A stretch of DNA of 39,724 bases from Bigelowiella natans CCMP2755 (lineage: Eukaryota > Protista > Cercozoa). The notes beneath the pieces are model-generated. The model made no database searches. It saw only the letters and a program-made list of their open reading frames with translations, and was not told the DNA's origin. A program made the translations under genes and the position numbers. Below, piece after piece: positions 13,943-26,310 of this stretch (position 1 is the first letter of the stretch; each line of letters opens with the position of its first letter). The stretch covers positions 1 through 39,724 of the forward strand of contig ADNK01000940.1 of NCBI GenBank assembly GCA_000320545.1, given 5' to 3'.

Positions 13943-14162
13943 CATATTACAAATAGAATTCAAATAGCCTTCTCATGAATCATTGCCCGTCTCCCATTGA
14001 AGGTGTTTGAGTCGCACGAACAGTCGGAGTATAGCCTCATCTTTAGATGCCAACCCGGGGCAACAAGTACGTGCTTGACCAGAAGAATATATGCCGATTG
14101 TAGAAGAAACGTCTTCACAGGATTCCAACTATTTTGCTACCCTCGTTGTTAATGCGGGGCTA

Positions 14163-14201
<39 letters not shown>

Positions 14202-15459
14202 TTGCTGCTTCGATGATGGCCAACATGGTTAGATGCGGACGCTGAGTATGCTGCCGAAGTGGAACGAGAGCTGCTACTACTGCAGCAGCAACATCAACCA
14301 AAACTAGTAGATAGTGGTGATGGGGAGACGCTAAGCGGCCTGCCTCCCTCCCCTCCCTGTATCACCGCGAACGCCACGGTGAGATGCCAACTGAAAGCTC
14401 CCAAGGTGCATCCGTGTTAAGAAGGGAAAAGAGGAGAGAAGAACCGCAGGAGGCACAGAGGAGAGAGAGAGGATAGAGGAAGGACAAAAGACGGAGTTAT
14501 GCTTGAACCGCAAATATTATTATCACGTGCATGCGCGAGTACGTACCTTTAGCGTGAACCTACACATCAGATAATCCACGCGCTCCTTATGGACGTCACA
14601 GAGCCTACAGCAGGTGCAGCTGTTCGAAACCGCAATGACGCGTATCGCTCACAATTTGTCTGGGTTCTCACATGTTGCTCCTGCTCTTTAACTTCCCCAG
14701 GAGCTGCTGTCGGGAACAGGGATCTAGAGGATAATGAGAATGAGGAAGAGCTGAGACAAGTCAGTGTTGTAGCGATTAGTTGCAGCTTGGGATTGATGAT
14801 GGGCGAGATTAGAATGATAACGATAATGATGACAGGAATGATAATCATGATGGCGATAAGAAAGGGGACCACAGCCGAAGCGCTAGTTGTGCTTCCTAAA
14901 AGGAATTCTGCGAGACTTCAGAGCGCATATTTATCTGAACTGTCTTCTTCTCTCCATGCAATTCCCACCCCCATTAGTGCTGGATGGCGATGGAGGCATT
15001 ATGGGCTTCTGGAGCTGTGAAAACGTTAGGAATCGCTTCCTCACGACCCATCAGTCCGAGGCTTCTGGATAGCATCTACCGCAACGCAGAAGTCATTATC
15101 ACCGCTCTGCTGATTTGTTGTTGTTAATTAATGTAGTAGTTTCGGGGGCTATCCAAGCATGCTTCCTCCTTTTATCCCCGCCCCTCATCATGTTTACAGT
15201 TTTATGCAGCCTGAGGGCTTTTAATCCTGCTGTTCTCAGGCCTTTGCAAACATAGTGTCATCGGTGGTTCAGTGCGTTTACGGCTTTGTTATGTGTTAGG
15301 TGAAGCCCTCGATCATTCAAACAGTCTGTAGGGCAAAGGATGGGTAAGATGGAGAGGGGAGTGCAACGAGACAGTATTTAGACTATCGTACTAATTACCA
15401 CGTTCTCTCCACTCCACCCCCCCCTTGCATCCCTCACCCCGCCTCTCTCTCCCTTCTTT

Positions 15460-15506
<47 letters not shown>

Positions 15507-15942
15507 CTCGCTCTCACGTCTTTGTCCTTCTCTGTTTTTTGGGTGCGGTACATAGATGGGACAAAGCTCTTCGGTCGTACTGTGAGAATAGAGGAATTTT
15601 ATATCAGGTTGTCTATCGTTCCTCTCCTTCCCCATCTTTATCTTTATCTCTATCCCCCTCTCAGAAAAGAGACACGGAGAACGTGTATAATAACACTACC
15701 ACCATTAAGCAATCACCATAATCACGAAACGTCATTAATCTGTCCGTTCTTTTCTGTATCCTCCTCCCTCAGGCTGTTTCTCTTGTGCGAGTGAACTCAT
15801 ACTTGCTAGAGGATCGAGACGTGCTCGCTATTGCCCAACGCCATAATACAACATCGGCGCAGGTGAATGATAATGCTATATAGACGAATAAATATTGATT
15901 ATTATTCATGTCAAGAGTTTCTGCTCGTTATATCGTAGACAT

Positions 15943-15983
<41 letters not shown>

Positions 15984-16035
15984 ACACACAGACACACACA
16001 CAACTGCTAGCTCTCTACCTCTCTCTATGTCTCTC

Positions 16036-16071
<36 letters not shown>

Positions 16072-16364
16072 TCTCCCTTCCTTCCTTCTCTTTGTACAAA
16101 ACAACCAAACAACAGATATTAATTCGGTTTGGAATGGAGCTCGGAATCATCCCGGTGGTCATCACCCCTGTACATTCCAGGTAGAAACACCCCGCTCGCC
16201 TATATCATGCTGCTCTTATGCTTTGCAACATGCCCGGCCAGCGGCTAACATGAATTCACACACTTGATAGGATGGAGGAGATACTCGATACACTCTCATT
16301 CAAGCTCGATGAAACTGAAGTTAAGGCCATCGAGAACATAGCAGAATTGTATGACTACGAATAG
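12201..16364 (+). CDS. Aldo-keto reductase-fold protein, probably catalytically inactive, with a putative N-terminal targeting leader
   Basis: Exons VMVPRILFG.., VSSALGAGFLGLDSSNLPRFFNENAVGAAI, YEELYVQTKFVP, CWMAMEALWASGAVKTLGIAS, VKPSIIQT, WDKALRSYCENRGILYQ, LAIAQRHNTTSAQ|ILIRFGMELGIIPV, MEEILDTLSFKLDETEVKAIE..YE* (TAG 16362-16364) follow the AKR barrel motif order. The 5' exons are less certain. Confidence 0.8.
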
Positions 16365-17125
16365 CAAGGCTTGTCGCCACCAAATTGTGAATCAACGTTT
16401 TCTTCTGACGATGTGAATGGACAAAACAGCATTGACATGCACCATGATCTAGCAGAGGGTCGTTTGCTCAATTTCATGGGCCAAGATTGACTTGCCAACC
16501 TTTCGAATGATTGCAAAACACTTTGTCGTGTTGTTGCAATTTGCGAGCGCTTTCGGTGTTGTGCATGTGTGTGTGCTCTTGAATTCTAGCGCGCGTGCAT
16601 GTGCCTGTGTTTGCAAAGTTGATCGCACGTGCTCATGCATGTGCAATTGTGAGCCAGCATGGCACGCGTCTGCTCTGACGACGTCGTGCGTCGTGGCCAT
16701 CATGCATCATGAATTTTTTGCTAGTATCACATGGTCAACATGATGACAGACATGCAATGCACTGTGATGATTGTGTGCACAATGTGCATTGTGTGTTGCT
16801 GTGTCCATCATCAACTGTGCATGACTTGGAAAGCCTGTCGCCCTGCCCAAGGCAAGTGCGCAAGCATGCATGCATCACACATGCAAGTGTGCACATCTGA
16901 CATGCCACTGCCAAAACCAAACTGGAACAAAACTGTGTGCCCAGCATGCTGCTCAATGCATGCAAGCACGCGCTTGGTGGTCATGACCGACCACACAATC
17001 ACATGACCTGACTCACAATTCACGTGGCTTGCAAATCAGATTGCCACGTTCCCCATGGACACGTTTGCTGTGGACGTGGTGGATTCTGGGGCTCGCTAGC
17101 TCGTGCTGCGCGGCGACGAACACAG
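16365..17125. other. TpA-depleted, TpG/CpA-rich intergenic patch
   Basis: Hand count: 5 TpA in about 760 bp, 4 of them inside CTAG; CpG is retained. Confidence 0.9.
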
Positions 17126-17288
17126 ATAATGTTGTTTGTTGTATCGATCTGGGCTACTTATGTCTCGTTGTGCAATTAGCCAACTCTGTTTCGTTTGTTC
17201 CCTGGAAGGCACAGCTTGCAGCGGTGCGAGCGAATACCATTCATTCTTACAAATTTTAGCAGATGTCTTTATTCGTCTTTGTGCACGT

Positions 17289-18308
17289 TTAAGATTCGTA
17301 TCCATAGGCAATATACCATCCATCCTCCATCAAAGGAATCTTCCGGGTATGCATCTCATGCAAGCAGTCGTAGACTAGGTGTATGTCACAGCCACTTTTA
17401 TTCAGCCGATTACCCTCGACAAGATGCCAAAGAAGGCTGTCGTAGGCGACATTCCGAGCTTCAGCGCTCTCAAACAAGTGGCTCTTCTCGGCGTCATGGA
17501 CGCACTTCACGAGCAAATCGTAGTCCGACCTCTGGTTACATGCATAGAGGACATCGTCGAAAAATAGCGCTCCGAAGCGCACGTCGCTACCATCCAATCG
17601 CAAAATGAGGTCCTCCCACAAGACCACGACCCTCGCCCATTGACTCCCCCAAACGGCGTCGCAAAAGTTACGGGTAAGCGCGAACAGATTCGGGGCTGCA
17701 GTGAGAGCCTGGAACGCTTCTCGTACCTCGAGAAACATGGCGGCACTTCCCCCATGATCGGGGTGAACTTCGAATAACTTCGCATGGTATGCACCACGAA
17801 TTTGATCCTATGGACACACAGTGCGTAGCAGCCGAGTCAGCGCCATCAAGTACTCGAAATATGTAAACGCACAGGAAAGATTAGGTTTGTTAGATGGAAC
17901 CTTTGTAGCACTAGCACTGACACCGAGAATGCGGTGGTAGTAGCCTCTTTGCATCTTCTCCTCGTCGATGTCTCCCATTGCAGCAGAACAAGACGACGAC
18001 GTGGCCATGTTCGAGTCGCGTGCATGCTGACACAGGCTAGTCGTTGTCGAAAACGCCCTCTTCATTACGGATGCGATTAATGGATTCTGGGTTCTTCTTC
18101 CTATTCGAAACCTTGGTTGGGCTGAGGTAGGCAGATGTGACTGAGGTGTTGGGGAGAGGACAGCCTTGTGTTTTGGACGCCACGAAGCCTTTCGAACTGT
18201 GCACATGGCGCAGCGTGTAAAATTCAATATTGTTCGAGTTTCAACAGCCGCCATTCTCCAACGCTGTAGCCAGACGTCGCGGAGTTTGGGATGTAGATTT
18301 CGGAGCAT
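17289..18308 (-). CDS. J-domain (DnaJ-type) protein with a basic presequence and a helical C-terminal region
   Basis: Splicing ~17900 to 17807 gives YYHRILGVSASATK|DQIRGAYHAKLFEVHPDHGGSAAMFLEVREAFQAL, containing the HPD motif. The N-terminus is Arg-rich and acid-poor. The 3' end may extend by one exon. Confidence 0.8.
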
Positions 18309-18676
18309 GAGAGCCCTACTACTCTAGCGATCTGAAATATGTGTGTGGCGTCCAGGGGCGGAGCGACGGACACCCCGTTTATCTTGTCGATGGTAAATTT
18401 CGATGTCTTCGGGACGAAATGGCACCTATTCGTCATCAAATTTGCTATCTTTCAAGAATTCATCCTAACGACAAGATATCTTCCATGTCGCTGATGCGAA
18501 TCCTCCTATTTCGTTGCTGAGCTGTCCCATTTCTTGCCGTCAGACAAAGGAAGCCATAGGACAGCCGAATCAACTCGATGTTGAGGGGCCAAAAATTGCA
18601 TTATTTAGTTGTCGCAGAAGAGAAAATACATTGATTTACGACAATGATCATCTTTGTAAGACAACCGCAATCTCAA
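18309..18676. promoter_or_regulatory. Putative bidirectional promoter between the J-domain gene and glutathione reductase
   Basis: Head-to-head ATGs about 370 bp apart; positional inference only. Confidence 0.4.
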
Positions 18677-19918
18677 ATGTACCGACCACTCGCCCCCCCC
18701 TCCTTCGCTCTACCCGTTCGGGCACCTCGTCGCCGCCGTTACATCGCCTACATAGGCATGGCAGCATGCGTGACGTTTGCTCTTTCTGCCCTTTTCCTCA
18801 ACTCTGGGTAGTCATCACTGTTTTCCTTTGAATCCCCTTTCAGCATCTAGCGGTACTTTGAGCTTCCAAAGAGATACCCTACCTCTTTCCGGTGTAGTTT
18901 CTGTGAATTTTTACATTATGCACATAGATGCGTGCGCAATGGAGATAGGTAAATCATGCGCTACCATTCATTCGAACGAAAGATAGAATATAAGAGGATG
19001 TCAATAGCTCAGCATTAACTCAAAGTTGGCATTCCCAACGTCGCTTACTTTTCAGGCGCGGCGCTGCAAGTGAGCTCTTCATGCCCCCCGCAAGATCATC
19101 AGTGGTGAGCCGATAAAAGATTTGAAAATGTAGAGATGTTATCGTAGAGTGGAGCCTGGTCGGTCGGTCGCTGTGCGTTGCTGGCACTCTTCATTTAAAA
19201 CTTAGTAGTTTTTGCAACCATTGACCCAGCAAGCTCGTTGCTCCAAACAACTTTCACAATGGTTGACAAACCGCTTCTCACCTCTTGACCCCCTTCTCTT
19301 TCCTCAGATCTCAAGTCCAACAACGAATAAACTCGCAATTCTCGCTAGCCCAGCTGTCTCCGGCTCTCGCGGCCACTTCATGCGTGGTTTCAGACAGCAG
19401 GATATCCCGTGGCGCAGTGTGTATGGCCTTGATAGGAGGGCCGGGATCACACGAGTCTCAGCGGAATTTCAAAGTTGTAGTATGCATTAATATGAAATAA
19501 AGCGACCGCAATATGAATCAAACATGACAAGAACACCGATGACGTCCTGCTGTCTGGAGGGGAAAGGGGGGGGGGGTTCAACTTCTGCCGATGATAGCTG
19601 GCGATTTTCTTCAGGAACAAGTGGCGACAAGTACGACTATGATCTCTTCGTTATAGGCGCAGGGTGAGTACCATGCCAATCAAGTGTGCTAGTCTTCCCA
19701 ATGATTTAGGCTGCGGCGTTGGATTGATTTCCATACAAATTGCTAACAATTCGTCTGGGGATGTGGTGATGACGACGATACCTCTTTTCTTCTTCTTCTT
19801 CTTCTCCTTCCTACTCCTCCTCCTCCTCCTCCCCCCCTCAGTTCTGGAGGGGTACGAGCGAGTCGAATGTCTGCAGGATATGGAGCTAGGGTGTGCCAAC
19901 AAAACAACAACAGCAACA

Positions 19919-19960
<42 letters not shown>

Positions 19961-21276
19961 ACAAAACACGCACAAGGACTTCCGCATAAAAAATGGAGGC
20001 ACTTGGTGCTTGCAACAACTCAAAACGACAATCATCCCACAGGTTGCGCTTGCTGACGACTTGGCAGTTGGACTAGGAGGCACATGCGTGAATGTGGGGT
20101 GTGTGCCAAAGAAGTTGTTCTCTTACGGCTCCGAGATTACTCAAGACGTGCAAGATGCGAAGGGATTTGGATGGGATTTCCCCACCCCCTCCCTCACGTG
20201 GCCACGACTCATCGAGAATAAGGTAGTAGCGGCGGACAACTTCGCACAACGTTGTGAGCAAGGAGGATAGAGAGCAAGAAGCTCAAGCTTCGTTCTTCTT
20301 GTGTGTAGAGTGATAGAATCTATCTGTGGATTTTATACCCTCTGAATACCCATTATTCCTCCCTGGGCATGCATGGGTACTGATGACAGGACACCGAAAT
20401 CAACCGTTTGAACGGGATCTATGAAAGGATGCTTTCGAATGCCGGCGTCGACCTCAAGAAGGGCAGGTGCTAAATGCTGCTGCAACCACGATGATGGATG
20501 ATGATGTGATAATATAGATACAGGGAAGTTGTTGCGCACACATCAAAGCGCGCACGCACTCACACTCACACATGCACCTACGCAAACATACAAACATACC
20601 ATACACGCACACAGGGGGGTATTGAAAGGGCCACACACTGTGGAAGTCAACGGCGAGGAGGTGAGCTATAATACGAGAATAAGGAGAGAAGGGGGGGGGG
20701 GGTAGACGACTATATGGTTATGGAGTTAACGGTGTTAAACGTATCGTGTCACTTTTAGTACACAGCTGAGAAGATTCTTGTCGCTGTTGGTGGATGGCCG
20801 TCCATCCCTGATATAGAGGGGAAGGAGCATCTAAAAACCAGGTGAGACAAGGAAAGGGGAGAAGGGGGGGGGGGGGGGGGAACGGGTTGTACCTATTCAA
20901 AGGAAGAGTAAGAAATCGATGAGGTCATGTGAAAGAAGAAGAAGAAGAAGGAGAAGACTGAGAGGAAAGCGTTGATGGGAATCTCTGATAAAGATAGATG
21001 ATTCGTTGATTTTACTTGTCATCTGACCTCCGCTGTTCCTCTGACCCCCCCCCCCCCTGCAATCCTCGCACCGTCGTTCTCCCTCCCCCAAAGCAACGAT
21101 ATCTTCTTCGTGAAAGAGGCTCCTCAGAAGCCTGTTATCATCGGGTAATAATACGTAAAATAGTAGCAGCGGCGGTGGCGTGACGGGTACTTCTGAGCCT
21201 CTCTTCGTTTCGAGAACTCCGGACTTCTGTCCTCGTCAGTTATCAGGCTTTTGCTCCGCACCGTTTGCGCGTCATA

Positions 21277-21331
<55 letters not shown>

Positions 21332-21665
21332 GTGTGTGTATATAATGATACGAATGATGATGCAATATGGTAGGTCTGGCTACATTGCAGTTGAGTTTGC
21401 GGGGATTTTACATGGTAGTAGCAGTCGGAGTAGTAGTGTTATCGAATAGTAGTAGTGGTAATAACAGCAGTTATAGCGAGAACCAGCACTGCTACTAATA
21501 GCAATAGTAATGAACCAGCATTGCTACCTTTGTGAACGAAATCGGTATGCTATATATGAGCACATCGGTAGCTCGAAAAGAAGCCAGGTGCTTTCCGTGT
21601 CCCCGCCGTCGCTATTTTGGTGGGGGAGGAGAAATGCTAGCTTGATTGAAGAAATGAGCAGCAAT

Positions 21666-21717
<52 letters not shown>

Positions 21718-22300
21718 AACCCGAACGAACAACACTCAAATGCACGCGCCCACAGCTCATCTTTCACTGGATGTCGTTTACCGATAATAATAATAAAAGG
21801 TTACAAGGCAGACACGCACTTGGTCATCCGCCGCGACAGCATCCTCAGAGGTAGTGTATCATCCAGGCCAATGAGCGAGGAGGACAAGTATGCATGAGAA
21901 TGAGCAGTTGTTGGCTGAAGCATTAGTCGTAGGGAATACGGCGTGATCTTTGGAACAATGCAATCAGCACAATGATTGATTCTCTGTGAGAAGGAATTTT
22001 AATGAAATATACGGCATGGCTCTTTGTTACTACTACTACTACTACTGCTACTACTACTACTGTTAATACCACTGCTAACACTACCACCTAGGGTTTGACG
22101 ACGACACGGCCAAATATCTCCTCGAGGCTTATGAAAAGAATGGGTGCTGCTGCTTACTGAATGCATCAATTGTTTTGTGTGAGTGTGCGTGTATATGCCA
22201 ACATGCTCGATGATGGGTAGAACGCCGCATAGTCGTTGCGAAGAGACTGTTGTCGATGACGTTTGATAATCGTGCAGAGGCAGATTGGAACACTTATTAT

Positions 22301-22350
<50 letters not shown>

Positions 22351-22690
22351 GCTACCTCTTTCTCTCAGCATCCATGTGCACAAGAACACAGAAGTAGTTA
22401 AGGTTGAGAAACGTGGTGAAGCTGACTATCTTTGTACGCTCAAGGTGAATGCTGCTGCTATTGCTGCTTTGTGTCATGCTTGCTACTTCGCTCATCCACG
22501 GCTGTATGAGAGCTGCTTTTACTTTGCTTGGGGAGTCAAGTCGTCACTTTGTATTCTCATTGGTTTCTGCCCCCTGGGTTTTGACTCTCCTCACAGTTTT
22601 ATCCCCCCCTTGCTTTGTAGGACGGCAGCACTATTGAGTCTGATTTCGTCATCGCGGCCATTGGAAGGCACCCAAAGGTGTGCGAACATG

Positions 22691-22759
<69 letters not shown>

Positions 22760-23005
22760 TGCTGCATTCTTATATTTCTGTGGTGTGTGTTGTTCGTGTT
22801 GTTTATTGTGCATTAGACCGTGAAATTAGGGCTTGAAGATGTCGGCGTGGATCTGGATAAGAACGTATACTATTCCCCTTCTCCCCCCCTTCCTCTTCCC
22901 GCCACCAAATCGTGGATATGGGCTTAATCATCATGATGATCGTAATCCGTTTCTCCTCCTCCTCGTCCTGCTTCCTCGCCGTCGTCTTCTCCTCTTCATC
23001 TCGTT

Positions 23006-23041
<36 letters not shown>

Positions 23042-23314
23042 GTTATTCTTGCAGCCATACTCTTTTGCCGCTGCTATCATCCATGCAAAATCTGTTGTTG
23101 GTCCTCCTCCTCCTCCTCCTCCTCATCATCATCATCAGGGCGGTATCTCTGTGAAGAAGGATGGCCAGACGTCTATCCCCAGGTGAGAAGGAGGTGGAGG
23201 ATGAGGGAGAGGAGAGGGGGGGGCAAGATCACAATGATGATGATAATGAATCATGGAGAGAATAGTCTCAACTCACGGCAGGATGATATTAATTGAAAAC
23301 ACACCGATGTGTGT

Positions 23315-23348
<34 letters not shown>

Positions 23349-23371
23349 TAATACCATATATATATAGTATA

Positions 23372-23412
<41 letters not shown>

Positions 23413-24051
23413 TATATATATCCAGCATCTACGCAATCGGCGATTGTACGGCCACACTCCAGCTTACGGTATGCGTGCATCATCATCGTCATCATAACCA
23501 TCCTCACTATGATTATCATAATCATCATCACCATTGTTGTCATGACTATACAGCCTGTCGCACTGGCAGAAGGGCACTGCTTTGCCGACACCCACTTCGG
23601 CAACAATCCAAGTATTTTTCGCCAAATCAAAGGGAGGGGGGGGGGAGGGGGGAAGGGGAGAGAGAGAGAGAGCAGTGTATGAACTAATGAAAGCGCAAAT
23701 CAAGACACTAAGAGGATTTTGATTATATCCTGTGCATATCTCTCTCTCTCTCTCTCTCCCTCCCTCTCTCTCTTTTCCATATAGCCCTTTTGGCTGCTAG
23801 CCTTGGTGACCATGCATGCATACATGAATAGGGCGCTGTGTGACGACGACGACGACGACGACGACGATAATGATGATGATGATGATGATGATGATGACGG
23901 TTACTCCCTGATATCGCTCGCTGACATACCCGACGATGTGTGCTGCTTCTCACCGTGTTGTTTGTTTGCTGCTTCGTTTATCAGGGCTCCCAGATCTCGA
24001 AGACGTAGCTACAGCTGTGTTTTCCCATCCAAACCTTGGTAAACATATATG

Positions 24052-24094
<43 letters not shown>

Positions 24095-24265
24095 GTAAGT
24101 TTTAATGTGTGTGCATACAAAGTCATGCTTGTGCGCGTGCAGGCACAGTGGGTCTTTCCGAAGAAAGAGCTTTGGAGAAGTACGGCAAGGTAGAGTTGAC
24201 GGTATTTGCGCGGGGGGGGGGATGTTATGCATGTATCCATGCATATATGTGCTGGCATTCTTTCT

Positions 24266-24297
<32 letters not shown>

Positions 24298-24506
24298 TCG
24301 TCGTCGCCATCGTCATCGTCATCGTCTTGATCATCGTCATCATCATCATTTGGTTCTAGATCAAAGTGTTCAAGTCGGAGTTTCGGCCCTTGAAGCATAC
24401 GGTGTCAGGGTCACAGGAGCGGTATTTGTTGTTATTATCATCATGATGCGAGTTGAGTCCGTGCTCACCCAACTAGCTTACTGAGATGAAGAGGAAAATA
24501 CACACG

Positions 24507-24537
<31 letters not shown>

Positions 24538-25023
24538 ATATGTATATATGTATATTGTCATCATTCTCTTCAGTGTCAGCTTCCCCAGTCAGCATCAAAA
24601 CATCAACTCTTTAGTCCTTGCAGAAAGTTTAGTATGAGAAGATCTTATTTGGTGGATGATTGCAAAAGGAAGGGGGGGGGGGAGGGGGGGGATTGCGGAT
24701 GGGAGTGAGTTTGCCAATATGATCTGATGATTTGCGGCTATTATTGGCGCTTATTAGGTCCATGATGAAAATCGTTGTCGATAGCGCTACGGACAGGGTG
24801 CGAAGTGTTGCCATTCTTGCTATTCTTGCCATTGGCATGTGGATATATTTCTTTGTCTAGCGTTTGCTCCCTGTTGTTCTTTCGGCTGCACACGTTCCAA
24901 CCCGCACTCTTGGTTTTCGTGACTGATTACTGTCATATACGTGCGTTGGTGCTACCCTCGAAAGGTCGTCGGCATGCATATGGTAGGCGCTCACGCAGGG
25001 GAGATAATGCAGGGATTTTCAGC

Positions 25024-25059
<36 letters not shown>

Positions 25060-25542
25060 GTGCGTGTGTGGATTCGTGGTTCAATGATGCTTCCCACCCC
25101 CGAGTCATTGAAGGGGTGGAGAGAAGAGGCTGGGTGGTTTTACGATGCTAAATTTGGATGTTGCGATGATTCCGATGAGCTACATCTTATTGTCGTAGCC
25201 GACCGATATATTGATTCTCCTCCTCCCTCCCCTCTTCTCCTTCTCCTATCCTCCATCCCCCTCCCCCCCCCCCCCCCCCAGCGATCAAGATGGGCATAAC
25301 GAAGAAGGTGCTTGACTCGACGATCGGAATCCATCCTACTTCGGCAGAGGAGTTTGTTACGATGCGGAGCATATCGTATGAGAAGTCAAAGGAGGAGTCT
25401 AAAGACCCACAAATGGTGAGTGATCGAGTAGAAGCGACTATCTACTAAGCTTGCCATAGCGTGTTTGATGATACAGAAGCTTCTCATCCGTCGTGTCGTC
25501 GCGACAGATTTCACGTACGTTTATAATTTGTCTGTCTCTGTC

Positions 25543-25575
<33 letters not shown>

Positions 25576-25615
25576 TGCTGTTGTTGTTTTCTCTACTAAA
25601 CTGCAGGCTGCTTAG
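18677..25615 (+). CDS. GSR: Glutathione reductase, about 27 exons, with a bipartite (signal + transit) leader
   Basis: Phase-consistent exons give [11 protein letters not shown]|[22 protein letters not shown] (redox disulfide), [11 protein letters not shown]|[21 protein letters not shown]|[15 protein letters not shown]|[17 protein letters not shown]|[23 protein letters not shown] and [16 protein letters not shown]. The leader is [44 protein letters not shown].. The last mini-exon is AA* at 25607-25615. Confidence 0.95.
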
Positions 25616-25759
25616 GCAAAGGTATATGCGGTCATATAGTCATGGTGCTCATGTAGTCGTGCATATATCTCCAGATCTATCGATCCGATACGATGTAGTA
25701 TGCAGTCTAACATAGCTCTAAAGTCTTCGTTGTCATAGTAGGTGTCGCGCTGTCAGCTA

Positions 25760-26310
25760 TTTAACTCTATCTAGTATGTCTAGTATATGTGCATCTCACT
25801 AGCTAGTCTATGCTAGCAGTGTAACGCTAGAATATCCCAAGCTAGCCGTATGAACATACATAGCTAGTTACGTACGCAGCTAGTAGCTAGTGCACATTGC
25901 GCACAGCCTAGCACGGCTACCACTTCAAGAGGCTTATTATGCTATTCGATTTATGATCAAATGCAGCACGCACACGTACGTACGTATGTACATATGTGCT
26001 GCACAGCTACACACCTAAATAGTTTACTACAAAATGCTTGTCATCGGATGCTGTATGCTCTGTACGTGCGTAGCTAGCTAGCTAGCTGGATGCGCGGAGT
26101 ATATAAGCCCGCCACATGGGCGGTAAGCTGGAGATGAGTTATTCTGCTATCTACTATAGTCTAGCTAGCTAGCTAGGCTATAGAACAGTAGCACTGCATT
26201 ATTTGCCACGCTAGCACGGCACTAGTTAACCTCCAATCGCCGTGAGACGACACATAACCTAGATAGCATGCGCATGGAATAGCCGTCGATACCTGCGTAG
26301 CTAGATAGAA
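25760..26310. repeat. CTAG/TACG-rich low-complexity spacer between convergent genes
   Basis: About 22 CTAG by hand count, including (CTAG)3-4 runs, plus tacgtacgta runs. Confidence 0.8.

Noticed and set aside
16449-17023. Overlapping Cys/His/Met-rich ORFs in several frames (also 28484-29244) as metal-binding proteins
   Set aside because: These are an artefact of TpA loss: TAA and most TAG stops and Tyr codons disappear, while TGY, CAY and ATG accumulate.
16365-17125. CpG methylation decay or fungal RIP as the cause of the TG/CA excess
   Set aside because: CpG is retained in the patch, and RIP increases TpA rather than removing it.
25370-25615. Thioredoxin reductase or a selenoprotein instead of GR
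   Set aside because: There is no C-terminal GC(U/C)G or CxxxxC redox tail; the protein ends ..KDPQM|AA*.
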